From a virus (taxonomy: Duplodnaviria > Heunggongvirae > Uroviricota > Caudoviricetes), in the IMG/VR virus record IMGVR_UViG_2740892211_000019: a DNA stretch of 37,093 nt. One strand, given 5' to 3'. Within the stretch, counting starts at the first letter, position 1, and every line of letters begins with the position of its first letter. Below are positions 1 to 8,871 of the stretch, one piece after another. A program made the translations under genes and the position numbers. The notes under the pieces are model-generated. The model had not been told where the DNA came from. It saw only the letters and a list, made by a program, of their open reading frames with translations, and searched no databases.

Positions 1-993
1 CTAATCGATGGACAGTTTATGGACACTTTCAGCCAGCGGATTAAAGTTGATCGCGTCCAGTAAAAAGTCCGGCGAAAAATGAGCGTACGTCATTGTTTGC
101 TGAATCGTTGCGTGCCCCAGGATTCGTTGCAACGTAACAATATTTCCGCCATTCATCATAAAGTGTGTGGCAAATGTATGACGCATGACATGCGTAGCCT
201 GCCCCTTCGGCAAATCCGGTTTCACCTCCTGAAGAATCTCCCGGAACTTCAGATAATCAACCTGATACAATAACCCCGTTCGACGGGTTTTAATCAGAGG
301 CACGACCGAATCCGCCACAGGAACCGAACGGGATTTTCCGTTTTTGGTGTTAAAGAACGTCACCCGGTTGCCAACGATATGCTCTCCACGTAGTTCCGAT
401 GCTTCACTCCATCGGGCACCAGTAGAAAGACACAGAATGGCAACACGACGCGCATCACCCTCCAGTCGCTCAAGAAGCCGTTCAATCTCATCATCAGAAA
501 GAAAGGCCATCTCTGTGTTCTGAACTTTCAGTTTTCGTATACCGCGTACAGGGTTCGCGTTGTGAAAGACCTCAGCTTCAATCAGCACCGTGAACATGGT
601 AGACAGTACGCATAAGTCACGATTAATACTGGACGGCATTAATCCGGCCTGTAATTTCTCTGACCGATATTCAAGCATAAATTTTCGCGTCATCTGACTG
701 GCGCGAGGATCTCCCATTTCACGAACAACCTTCCCTAGCCTAACCCTGTAGCTATCCCCGTAAGCCTGATTACGCCCATCAAGCATCCACCACGCATCAA
801 GCAGCTCTGATAATCGCCGCTGATCAGCTGGCTTAGCCTGCCATGGCTTGTCATGAAAGTTCTGTAACACATACTTCTCAAACTCCTGAGCCTTTGATTT
901 CAGGGCAAAGATTTTTCGAATCCGCTTTCCTTCCGCCCCCTGCGGTCTGACATCGACCTGATAACGTCCGTCTTTGAGTTGCTTAATCGACAT
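1..993 (-). CDS. int: Phage tyrosine integrase (P2-type site-specific recombinase)
   Basis: ORF 1..1008 (minus) translation carries the C-terminal catalytic region of tyrosine recombinases (HVMRHTFATHF ... LGHATIQQTMTYAHFSP). Preferred start is the ATG at 991..993 (MSIKQLKDGRYQ), preceded by GGAGGGG. The stop codon lies at 1..3, so the gene is complete. Adjacent divergent repressor fits P2 synteny. Confidence 0.9.
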   Translation of the reverse strand: MSIKQLKDGRYQVDVRPQGAEGKRIRKIFALKSKAQEFEKYVLQNFHDKPWQAKPADQRRLSELLDAWWMLDGRNQAYGDSYRVRLGKVVREMGDPRASQMTRKFMLEYRSEKLQAGLMPSSINRDLCVLSTMFTVLIEAEVFHNANPVRGIRKLKVQNTEMAFLSDDEIERLLERLEGDARRVAILCLSTGARWSEASELRGEHIVGNRVTFFNTKNGKSRSVPVADSVVPLIKTRRTGLLYQVDYLKFREILQEVKPDLPKGQATHVMRHTFATHFMMNGGNIVTLQRILGHATIQQTMTYAHFSPDFLLDAINFNPLAESVHKLSID

Positions 994-1062
994 GATTAGC
1001 CCCTCCAACGGATAAATTAACTAAACACTCCTTGCGATATGTAATTCGCTCAATGTGTAGAG

Positions 1063-1404
1063 TCAGCCAACATTGCGGCCTGATCGGGGTGATTTTTGGG
1101 TAATACCGATTGAAACCTGATCGCCCTCCGACTGAATAGATCCATCAAGAGAGAGAGCCGGAGCAATCTGCCCGGCGACAGGTAGCGTCTTATCTTTTAT
1201 TAGCCACAGCATGTATTTTTCAAAGCGATCGACTTGCAGAACCGCCTCAACGATTTTTGCTCTAGCGTTCTTTTGCCCCGATTCGTAATTCCTTATGGTT
1301 GCCAAAGACAACCCAGTAATATCCGCAAACTGCTTTTGTGTTAACCCTTCCGCCTTACGTATCTGACGTAACTTTTTTGCGTAGTCTATTGACAAGATAA
1401 CCAT
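1063..1404 (-). CDS. Immunity repressor, XRE-family helix-turn-helix (C/CI analogue)
   Basis: ORF 1063..1458 (minus) contains a classic HTH (LTQKQFADITGLSLATIRNYESGQ). Sits between int and the divergent early operon. Internal ATG at 1402..1404 with an AGAGG upstream is the preferred start; the longer form starting at 1458 is possible. Confidence 0.7.
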   Translation of the reverse strand: MVILSIDYAKKLRQIRKAEGLTQKQFADITGLSLATIRNYESGQKNARAKIVEAVLQVDRFEKYMLWLIKDKTLPVAGQIAPALSLDGSIQSEGDQVSIGITQKSPRSGRNVG

Positions 1405-1426
1405 TTGAGTATTAACCTCTCGCACA

Positions 1427-1448
1427 AAGATAACCTTTTGGTTATCTT
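1427..1448. promoter_or_regulatory. Perfect inverted repeat AAGATAACC-tttt-GGTTATCTT in the divergent int-C / early promoter region; candidate operator
   Basis: Palindrome read directly from the sequence. A further AGATAACC half-site lies about 30 bp upstream, next to a TTGACA -35-like hexamer at 1389..1394. Confidence 0.4.
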
Positions 1449-1508
1449 TACAAGCCAAAACAAACCATCACAAGGCGCGACAAGCGCACCAACGCAAGAG
1501 GATAACAA

Positions 1509-2030
1509 ATGCGGGACTTCATTGCCGATAAAGAGTTATCTGACCACCAACCACTTCAGGAAAGTGACGCACTCAGCGGATCCATTGATGCCGCCAACGA
1601 CGACGAGCACGAAGAAAACAAGAAAAAGCGTTCCTACAAAAAAGGAGCGACTTTGCGGCTGGATGGTCCGATCGCCGGGCTTTGCTCTCTGGAAAAAGGC
1701 GCGGCATATATTGGGCTAACAAAATCTGCACTGCGCGTAGCCATTCATCGCGGTCAAATGCCGGGACACAAGACGCGCACAAACCCGGAAGATGAAAACT
1801 CAGACGGAGTATGGTGGTTTAACGCCAAAGAGTGGGACAAGTTGGCTGATGAGCTACCAGAGCACGAGCCCCCAGAATGGCACAACTGGAAAAGTTACTG
1901 GACGTATGACCGCCAGAAAAGGAAGTTCTCTCCAGCTAATAAAGAAGACTGCCAGACCATTAACGGTAAGCGAGTTTATACAGGCAGAAGCTCAAAACTG
2001 GACCAACTCAGAAACAACAGAGGCAACTAA
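1509..2030 (+). CDS. Cox/Apl-like early protein (putative excisionase / early regulator) with N- and C-terminal extensions
   Basis: First gene of the rightward early operon; RBS AGAGGA before the ATG at 1509. Central segment (AAYIGLTKSALRVAIHRGQMP ... DGVWWFNAKEWDK) resembles the HTH plus tryptophan-rich pattern of P2 Cox as I recall it. Position matches cox. Confidence 0.45.
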   Translation: MRDFIADKELSDHQPLQESDALSGSIDAANDDEHEENKKKRSYKKGATLRLDGPIAGLCSLEKGAAYIGLTKSALRVAIHRGQMPGHKTRTNPEDENSDGVWWFNAKEWDKLADELPEHEPPEWHNWKSYWTYDRQKRKFSPANKEDCQTINGKRVYTGRSSKLDQLRNNRGN

Positions 2031-2034
2031 TCGT

Positions 2035-2457
2035 ATGAAAACAAACACGTCAGATTTCACAATAACTATTTCAAAAAATGACCAAGCATTAATTGATAAC
2101 CTGAAATACCTTGCGGAAAAACATAATAACGGACGAATTGCAATTAATTTACGACACATCACAGGAGTAACAATTGTAACCAGTTACTGGCATCTATATC
2201 TAATCGCTAAATCAGTACTTGAAAACAAAGATTCTGTTGTCAATGGAAGAGATATAGATACTCTTCCTGCACAAATCAAACCGATAGCCTATCAATTGCG
2301 TAATCGTTTTAAAAATGAAGGTGGGATTATATTTGACTTTCCCGCAGCTGTAGCCGTGAGCTTCTCTCGGGAGGATATACTTCACTCATTTCGTTTTGCT
2401 CTATCAGGTGACGAGACATTATGGCAGCTAGAAGATGCCGGGAGCAGCCCGGCATAA
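2035..2457 (+). CDS. Hypothetical protein, AT-rich moron-like gene
   Basis: ATG at 2035 inside ORF 1792..2457 (MKTNTSDFTITISK...). Sequence is visibly more AT-rich than the flanks. No family recognised. Confidence 0.45.
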   Translation: MKTNTSDFTITISKNDQALIDNLKYLAEKHNNGRIAINLRHITGVTIVTSYWHLYLIAKSVLENKDSVVNGRDIDTLPAQIKPIAYQLRNRFKNEGGIIFDFPAAVAVSFSREDILHSFRFALSGDETLWQLEDAGSSPA

Positions 2458-2463
2458 ATCAAA

Positions 2464-2655
2464 TTAAAAATCAACCAGTTGTGTGACAGGTGGGTATTTA
2501 CGCTGAATTTTGTCAGTTACTAACGCCAGTAATATATGAATCTCTGCGTTTAATGCGTCTTTATCACCCGTCGTTTTTACCCTGGGAGGGTTAATGTTAT
2601 CCAGAGCAGCACTAAGTTCACTCAACAAATTAACAACTTTTTTATCTTCTGACAT
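2464..2655 (-). CDS. Hypothetical small protein (63 aa), convergent with upstream gene
   Basis: Minus-strand ORF with ATG at 2653..2655 and AAGAGG upstream on the minus strand; followed by a promoter-like AT-rich gap (2656..2792). Confidence 0.4.
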   Translation of the reverse strand: MSEDKKVVNLLSELSAALDNINPPRVKTTGDKDALNAEIHILLALVTDKIQRKYPPVTQLVDF

Positions 2656-2792
2656 GAAAACCTCTTAACAATTTAATTAAACATAAGCCAGGACCTGAAC
2701 CGGCCAGTCCAAGTCCTAGACACACAAAAAAAATACCACAAATCAATACAAGGTGACACGAGTACACCTTACCGAAGGTACAGAGTTTTAAT

Positions 2793-3143
2793 ATGAAACT
2801 ACAGCGCAATTCTTCACAGCAGCGCTTCCGCAACGGTGCGGAACGCCATGCTAACCGTTTCGCTACCAGTGCATCACGTAGCAACTCTCGCTACAGCCTG
2901 AGCGAAACACACGCAACGCCGGATGGCTACCCAGTAAAACAAATTGGTGAACACACTTGGCTGATTGAAAAAGCAGGAATCGTGGTTCACAGATGCCAGC
3001 GCAACCCATTTACCGGAAACCGCATTTTTGCACTGAGCAACGGCGACAATCAGTTCGGGCAGGATTTCACATTGTACGAAGCACTTCGCACAGTTGATCG
3101 TCTGCTTCGCGGACAAAGTTTTATTAAACAGGCTGATTTATAA
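2793..3143 (+). CDS. Hypothetical early protein
   Basis: ORF track; co-directional tight packing with following early ORFs. Confidence 0.5.
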   Translation: MKLQRNSSQQRFRNGAERHANRFATSASRSNSRYSLSETHATPDGYPVKQIGEHTWLIEKAGIVVHRCQRNPFTGNRIFALSNGDNQFGQDFTLYEALRTVDRLLRGQSFIKQADL

Positions 3144-3153
3144 CAGGTGCTTT

Positions 3154-3432
3154 ATGACCAAAGAGCATGCACAAGGTGTATTTATTCGTTTTATTGATTT
3201 TCGCGGTGAACTGTTATTACGCGCATCAGCTATTGATGGAGTCGTTCCATCCGAAAAAAATGCAGCTACTTACGTTTATCTGAACGGCACGCGCCTGACC
3301 GTAGAACTTCCGTACCAGACTGTACACGAAATCATTAGCGAAGCGGAAAAAGCACGTAAGACTAATGGCGATGAACCCTATATCGAAATTATTTGTATGG
3401 ATTCAGAAGCAGAAATTCAGAAAGCAGATTAA
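3154..3432 (+). CDS. Hypothetical early protein
   Basis: ATG at 3154 (MTKEHAQGVF...) within ORF 3094..3432; tight spacing after the previous gene. Confidence 0.5.
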   Translation: MTKEHAQGVFIRFIDFRGELLLRASAIDGVVPSEKNAATYVYLNGTRLTVELPYQTVHEIISEAEKARKTNGDEPYIEIICMDSEAEIQKAD

Positions 3433-3443
3433 AGGGCGTTGCG

Positions 3444-3686
3444 ATGGGCAAAGAATATAAAACTCTCATTAATAAAGCACTTGAGCGTTTTTATTTTCGC
3501 TTAAGTGCATCAGGCGCTCATGCTGAACGTGCAGCCCGTGACTCATTGACCAGGGCAATCCGGAGTCTGTATGACGTGGCTTTTTACGCTGATGATCTGG
3601 ATGCACTTAACGAACTTTCCGAGCTGATCTGTGCCGCAGAATGCGGGGAACATATTGAACCGTATAAGCTGGGGAATATTGCATGA
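3444..3686 (+). CDS. Hypothetical early protein
   Basis: ATG at 3444 (MGKEYKTLINK...) within ORF 3393..3686. Confidence 0.5.
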   Translation: MGKEYKTLINKALERFYFRLSASGAHAERAARDSLTRAIRSLYDVAFYADDLDALNELSELICAAECGEHIEPYKLGNIA

Positions 3687-3796
3687 GTATATTTATCTCA
3701 TGGCTTGTTCTGATTATTTCGGTGGTCTGCGCCATTGGGATTATGCGAATTATTAATTCAGTGAAAAAGATCGAGCGTTTTTTCTCTGATGAATAA
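3683..3796 (+). CDS. Small hydrophobic peptide (37 aa, single predicted TM helix), translationally coupled
   Basis: ATGA start/stop overlap with the preceding ORF at 3683..3686. Hand translation gives MSIFISWLVLIISVVCAIGIMRIINSVKKIERFFSDE. Below the 60-aa cutoff of the ORF track. Confidence 0.35.
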   Translation: MSIFISWLVLIISVVCAIGIMRIINSVKKIERFFSDE

Positions 3797-3888
3797 CGAT
3801 ACAAATAAAACATCAAATTAAATAAGAAAACGTGAAAACCATCCGTATTAACGGAGGTATTCGCACACGTAAATAATGGAGATATAAA

Positions 3889-4155
3889 ATGAACGCAAAA
3901 GAAGAAGGCATTATCAACACATTAAAAAAAATATCAGAAGCGGAAGATGAAATGGCTAAAGATGCCGTGAAGCGTAGCCAACATATGGCAGCACTTCACG
4001 CACTGACCATCGCAAAAATCACCGCTGACGCAGCCAAAATTATTGAGGAACAGGGCAAAGAAATCGACACTCTTAAAACACAGTCAACAGTTGCAGCCAT
4101 GAATCCGTCCAGCATTGGACGCCGCATTTACATTCTTGGTTCGGCAAATACCTGA
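3889..4155 (+). CDS. Hypothetical early protein
   Basis: ORF track; RBS GGAG about 8 nt upstream of the ATG. Confidence 0.5.
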   Translation: MNAKEEGIINTLKKISEAEDEMAKDAVKRSQHMAALHALTIAKITADAAKIIEEQGKEIDTLKTQSTVAAMNPSSIGRRIYILGSANT

Positions 4156-4288
4156 TAACGCCTTACCACACAAAGGAGTCAGAGCTTCTGACAAATCTCC
4201 GCCTGATAGAACGCTCTCAAGCTGTATTCATTGATGACGCGCAACGTGCCGTATTTAACGCATAGGGTTACTGGACAAAGGGGGCGCA

Positions 4289-4492
4289 ATGGCAATTAAG
4301 CATTTTCCCGTCGTTCGCTTTACCTCCAGAGGGCGCGAATACGAGGTCGACGAACGCCTGATTACCACTATCGACAAACATCGTTCGGAAAAGGATGCAC
4401 ACCACATCTACCTCACTGACGGCACTTACTTCTGCGCCACCAACGTGGCGCGGGTGAATCTTATCCGACAGGTACAGGAGCCACGCAGATGA
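4289..4492 (+). CDS. Hypothetical early protein
   Basis: ORF track; stop overlaps the start of the next ORF (4489). Confidence 0.5.
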   Translation: MAIKHFPVVRFTSRGREYEVDERLITTIDKHRSEKDAHHIYLTDGTYFCATNVARVNLIRQVQEPRR

Positions 4493-4755
4493 CCATTCTG
4501 GACTACATCGCTACTCATCCGGGGTGTAGCGGCGGAGAGATCGCCGCAGCACTGAATACTCCAACCACAGCCATTAATGCTGAGTTACGCCAACTTTGGC
4601 GCGGCGGCTTAGTCATCAGAACAAACCGCAGCACAGGTGGTCGCGCTCGCAAAACTGGAGGCCAGGCTTCTTACCACGTAAACCCGATGCCGTTCGGGTG
4701 TAGCAATCCACTTACTCACATGTTTAACCAGCTACTGAAGGAAGCCAGAGCATGA
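4489..4755 (+). CDS. Hypothetical protein, possible winged-helix DNA-binding protein
   Basis: ORF track; overlapping start/stop with both neighbours indicates translational coupling. Fold assignment is only a guess from sequence character. Confidence 0.45.
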   Translation: MTILDYIATHPGCSGGEIAAALNTPTTAINAELRQLWRGGLVIRTNRSTGGRARKTGGQASYHVNPMPFGCSNPLTHMFNQLLKEARA

Positions 4756-5051
4756 GCACCATCAACCACCAGAAGCTACGCGAACTGGCATTTGCCCTGC
4801 AACGAATGGCAACGCCTCAAAAATTACTGGCATTTCGCGCAATGCTCTCGCCGTCTGCTGTGCTGGCATTGCTGGATGAGCTGGAGCACGCCAGAACCAC
4901 GGCTCCTGCCATTCGCCTGACGCTCCATCATGAAATCGCTGATTTCTGCGCGACATTGGAGGCGCCAGGCGAACCGGAAACGCCGGAAGCAATACAGCAA
5001 GAGCTGCTGCAACGCATTGACAAGGTTTTTGATTTTTTTCTGAACCAGTAA
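4752..5051 (+). CDS. Hypothetical early protein
   Basis: ORF track; last gene of a coupled set, followed by an intrinsic terminator. Confidence 0.5.
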   Translation: MSTINHQKLRELAFALQRMATPQKLLAFRAMLSPSAVLALLDELEHARTTAPAIRLTLHHEIADFCATLEAPGEPETPEAIQQELLQRIDKVFDFFLNQ

Positions 5052-5142
5052 GAAACCAGAGCATGCACACACAAAAAAACCGCTTGCCATGCCGCAATCG
5101 GTCAGGTTACATTTCCGCTGCACCTCATAAAACGGGTGCCGG

Positions 5143-5366
5143 GATTCTCAACCCGATACAGAGCAAAGCGCATAACCGCGCCAGCGGTTTTTTTGTGCGT
5201 ACTGTATTGCCACGTCTTTTTCGCGTCAGAATTATGGCGGGGCGTACGGGGCCGACTTCGGTCGGGCCGGATTCTTTGCTCTCCGGTGTTGAGAACCCTG
5301 TACGTCTCGCCACCCCGAGATTCTCAACTCTGGATGGTGAGTTATTTCTATCACCGAGCAAAGAGG
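5143..5366 (+). promoter_or_regulatory. Structured leader / candidate cis-regulatory RNA with a cUUCGg tetraloop hairpin and mutually exclusive repeat pairings
   Basis: Segment A (5143..5168) GATTCTCAACCCGATACAGAGCAAAG. Segment B (5271..5297) is nearly its reverse complement. Segment C (5317..5333, with GAGCAAAGAGG at 5356..5366 forming the RBS of the downstream ORF) directly repeats A. Hairpin GGCCGAC-TTCG-GTCGGGCC at 5250..5268. Confidence 0.3.
5174..5194 (+). terminator. Rho-independent terminator (AACCGC-gcca-GCGGTT followed by a 7-T run)
   Basis: Hairpin plus T-tract read directly from the sequence, downstream of the 4752..5051 ORF. Confidence 0.6.
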
Positions 5367-5373
5367 CCACACC

Positions 5374-5604
5374 ATGGCAAACCGCAAACAGCACCGCGCT
5401 ATCGCGGAGCGTCGTCACATCCAGACTGAAATCAACCGCAGACTTTCCCGCGCATTCCGCGTCGCTAAAATCATGCACATCAATATGCTGCATGAGCGTA
5501 GCTGCGAACTTTCAAACCTCTACTCATCCGCTGTTTTCAGCTATCTGGCGGATGATCTGCGCGAGCTTCAACAGCTCATCCAGCAGCAAAACAAACTCCA
5601 TTAA
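5374..5604 (+). CDS. Hypothetical small basic protein
   Basis: ORF with AGAGG RBS 8 nt upstream of the ATG at 5374; lies immediately downstream of the structured leader. Confidence 0.4.
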   Translation: MANRKQHRAIAERRHIQTEINRRLSRAFRVAKIMHINMLHERSCELSNLYSSAVFSYLADDLRELQQLIQQQNKLH

Positions 5605-5676
5605 TTCCTGTTCCGGGCCTTTCCTGCACCTTGCGGCGGGAGGCCTTCGCACATCTGTAACAAGAGGATTGCCGCA

Positions 5677-6042
5677 ATGATTCTCGCCAACGACTTTCTT
5701 GAATACCTGCTCAACACAGAGCGTGATCTTGCCGCTCGCGTACGTGATCGTTATGACATGTATCTGAAATCCCTGCCTGTGCCGCAGCTCGCTGACGGAA
5801 AGATTGTTATTGATGGTCGCTACATGATTGACAGCCACGAGGGAAATTACAGGCTTTACCGCATTGAAGGTGGCACCCCGTCCGTTATTGGCATTTACCA
5901 GCGCCCATCCTCTGCAATCGTCGATGTGATTGCCGACAGCATCCGCATCACACATCGCCATGCCGACACAGAAGACACCGTGCTGGAAATTCAGCGGCTG
6001 GCTGCCGTCTGCCGCGACACCCTGAATGGCATGACGAAGTAA
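5677..6042 (+). CDS. Hypothetical protein immediately upstream of replication gene A
   Basis: ORF track; RBS AAGAGGA; ends 6 nt before the gpA start. Confidence 0.55.
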   Translation: MILANDFLEYLLNTERDLAARVRDRYDMYLKSLPVPQLADGKIVIDGRYMIDSHEGNYRLYRIEGGTPSVIGIYQRPSSAIVDVIADSIRITHRHADTEDTVLEIQRLAAVCRDTLNGMTK

Positions 6043-6048
6043 ATCACT

Positions 6049-8871
6049 ATGACGGCAGAGTACATCAGGGACTGGCAACAACCGCGCCACGCAGTGGGAC
6101 GTGAAGGAACGGGGATCCCCGTTCCTGAATCCGCGCTTTCCTCCTGGCTGGATGCCTACCGGGCAGAGAACGAGCGCCGCCAGGAAATGGCTGATGCGGC
6201 GTTCTCCGCCACGCCGCTGGGCAACCTGATTAATAAAAGCCTGGATGCACAGGAAAAACAGGACAAAACCATCACACTGGCAGGAGACGCCAGAAAACAG
6301 GTACGCGGTGCGGTGGATGAAGCCATGGCCTCGCTGCGCCTGCTGCCGTCCTATCTGCGCGATCCGCTTATTCGCCACCTCTCCTTCCTGCGCAAAAAAC
6401 AGGAAGCCGATCGCCGGAAAGGCAAAAAGAGCTGGCAGGCTGAACGCTACGCGCGCGGAACCCTGCGCAAAATATTCGAACGTCTGGACCGCACCGACCA
6501 CCGCTGGCTGACACCGGGTTATCGCTCCCTTGCCGGACGCGAACGCCTGGATGATTTGCTTTACCTGCCGCAGCTCAACAAGCACCAGATACAGACGCTG
6601 GCCACCATGACGGCGGCGATGTTCAGCAGCACCTTCGAAAAACTCTGCGATGGCTTTGGCGCGACTGATGGCGAGCTGACCATGGATGTAACGCTGAAGG
6701 CGTATCAGATGCTGGCCCGCATGGCGTTACACCTGCACGCCATGCCTCCGCATTATGACGCACTGACAACAGACAAAGACCGGAGGAACGAACCGGACAC
6801 GGAGCTGCTGCCGGGCGCAATCCTTCGCCTGACCTGTGCGGAATGGTGGAAACGCAAACTGTGGCTGTTACGTTGCGAGTGGCGGGAAGAACAACTCCGC
6901 GCCGCCTGTCTGGTTTCCAGAAAAACATCGCCCTATCTGAGCCAGGACGCGTTAAGCGAGTTTCGCGCACAGCGCGAGAAAACACGCGATTTCCTGAAAA
7001 GTTTCATGCTGGAAAACGAAGACGGGTTCACGATTGATCTCGAGACGGTGTATTACGCGGGAGTAAGTAACCCGGTTCACCGTAAGGCAGAAATGATGGC
7101 CACCATGAAGGGGCTGGAACTTCTGGCCGAAGCCCGTGGCGACAAAGCGGTGTTTCTGACTGTCACCTGCCCGTCAAAATACCACGCCACAACAGAGAAC
7201 GGTCATCCGAATCCCAAATGGAACGGGGCCACCATGCGCGACTCCAGCGATTACCTGGTTAACACGTTTTTTGCGGCGGTCCGCAAGAAACTGAACCGCG
7301 ACGGCCTGCGCTGGTATGGCATCCGCACGGTGGAGCCTCACCATGACGGCACCGTGCACTGGCATATGATGGTCTTTGCTCATCCGGAAGAAATCGACAC
7401 CATTGTGTCCCACACCCGCGATATTGCCATTCAGGAAGATCGTCACGAGCTGGGTGATGATATTACCCCACGCTTTAAGGCGGAGTACGTCGACGGCTCA
7501 AAAGGCACACCGACCAGCTACATCGCCACCTACATCGGGAAAAACCTGGACAGCCGTGCCGTGGATGGCATCGACCCGAAAACGGGCAAGCCACGCGTTG
7601 ACCACGAAACCGGAAAATCAATGGCCGAGAGCGTGGAACGCGCCATCGGCTGGGCGCGCCTTCACCGGGTCCGCCAGTTCCAGTTCTTTGGTATCCCCTC
7701 CCGTCAGGTGTGGCGTGAACTGCGCCGCCTTGCCAGCCAGATGGCTCGCAACCCGGAAGGACCGCAACGGCTGAAGGATGACGCAATGGACGCGGTTCTT
7801 GCTGCCGCTGATGCCGGATGTTTTGCCACCTACATAGAGAAACAGGGCGGCGTACTTGTTCCACGCAAGGACTACCTGATTCGCACCGCCTACGACCTCG
7901 CCGATGAGCTGAACGATTACGGTGAACAGAGCGTACAGATTTACGGGATCTGGTCACCGCTCATCGGGGAGTCTTCCCGCGTATGCACGCATCCGGACAA
8001 CTGGAAGCTGGTAAGACGCAAACCGGAAGCGGAAGACAGCGCCCGCGAAAATGGTTTTGACCTTCAGGGCGGCCCTGCCGCACCTTGGACTCGTGGCAAT
8101 AACTGTCCCCGTGTACAGGAAACGGACAACAACGGGACAGAACAGCCGGAAGAACGGCCAGCACCGTGGCCGCAGCTTCCTGACGGCGTTGACGTGAACG
8201 AATGGATGCGCTCACTGAAACGGCACGAACGCCGGGCGCTGATGCGTTCGCTGCGTGACAAACAGGCAAAAAACAGCAGTGATGAAATGCAGAGCTGGAC
8301 ACAGAGCCGCAAACAGCAGCGGCCTTTGCCTGATAACCACGAATTACTCGCTAAAGAATGGCGGGAATCTGCCGAATCTCTCGGCCTGCATATCGGTGAA
8401 CAGCAGATGCAGCACCTGTTACGGGGCGGCAGCCTGTACGTTGACGGCAGCATCATTGCACCGCAGGGATTTGAAATTGTACGCAAACCGGATACCCGCC
8501 CGGACAGCCGAATCACGCAGCTCTGGCAGCGCCTGAGCCGTAATCACGGCGTAAGCAGCACGGAGATCCGCCATAACCCGGTCGCCAGCTATCTGGAACA
8601 GCTGGGGGCATCAGACCCCGAAGCCGCCGCACGTCTGGCATCCACACTTCAGCAGGACCAGAACACCATGAACCCCCCCGTTACCGTGCTTTCTGACATG
8701 CTGCGCGCCATCCGCGACGCAGAGCACGCACAGAGAATCAGTGAAACCACTGAACGTGCCCGCCGCAAAGCAGACCTGCTGCGGGGTGGCCTGACCAGTG
8801 GAAACAAAAAACAGACAGAAACGGGATTCACAAATCCCGTAAATGAGCAAAAAACGCGCCGCGATATATGA
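6049..8871 (+). CDS. A: Replication initiation endonuclease (P2 gpA-like rolling-circle initiator), 940 aa
   Basis: ORF track. Contains the HUH-type metal-binding motif (HHDGTVHWHMMVF) and a tyrosine-bearing block (TSYIATYIGKN) typical of P2 A-family initiators; position matches P2 synteny. Longer than my recollection of P2 gpA. Confidence 0.9.
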   Translation: MTAEYIRDWQQPRHAVGREGTGIPVPESALSSWLDAYRAENERRQEMADAAFSATPLGNLINKSLDAQEKQDKTITLAGDARKQVRGAVDEAMASLRLLPSYLRDPLIRHLSFLRKKQEADRRKGKKSWQAERYARGTLRKIFERLDRTDHRWLTPGYRSLAGRERLDDLLYLPQLNKHQIQTLATMTAAMFSSTFEKLCDGFGATDGELTMDVTLKAYQMLARMALHLHAMPPHYDALTTDKDRRNEPDTELLPGAILRLTCAEWWKRKLWLLRCEWREEQLRAACLVSRKTSPYLSQDALSEFRAQREKTRDFLKSFMLENEDGFTIDLETVYYAGVSNPVHRKAEMMATMKGLELLAEARGDKAVFLTVTCPSKYHATTENGHPNPKWNGATMRDSSDYLVNTFFAAVRKKLNRDGLRWYGIRTVEPHHDGTVHWHMMVFAHPEEIDTIVSHTRDIAIQEDRHELGDDITPRFKAEYVDGSKGTPTSYIATYIGKNLDSRAVDGIDPKTGKPRVDHETGKSMAESVERAIGWARLHRVRQFQFFGIPSRQVWRELRRLASQMARNPEGPQRLKDDAMDAVLAAADAGCFATYIEKQGGVLVPRKDYLIRTAYDLADELNDYGEQSVQIYGIWSPLIGESSRVCTHPDNWKLVRRKPEAEDSARENGFDLQGGPAAPWTRGNNCPRVQETDNNGTEQPEERPAPWPQLPDGVDVNEWMRSLKRHERRALMRSLRDKQAKNSSDEMQSWTQSRKQQRPLPDNHELLAKEWRESAESLGLHIGEQQMQHLLRGGSLYVDGSIIAPQGFEIVRKPDTRPDSRITQLWQRLSRNHGVSSTEIRHNPVASYLEQLGASDPEAAARLASTLQQDQNTMNPPVTVLSDMLRAIRDAEHAQRISETTERARRKADLLRGGLTSGNKKQTETGFTNPVNEQKTRRDI

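Noticed and set aside
5143-5373. Retron msr/msd locus (inverted repeats flanking a stable hairpin)
   Set aside because: No reverse transcriptase gene follows, and the downstream ORFs are small proteins without RT motifs; an attenuator or leader structure is the more economical reading.
5524-6585. 353-aa ORF on the minus strand
   Set aside because: It lies antisense across the 5677..6042 gene and the start of gpA, has no recognisable motifs and shows the Arg/Ala/Gly-rich composition typical of spurious antisense frames in GC-rich coding DNA.
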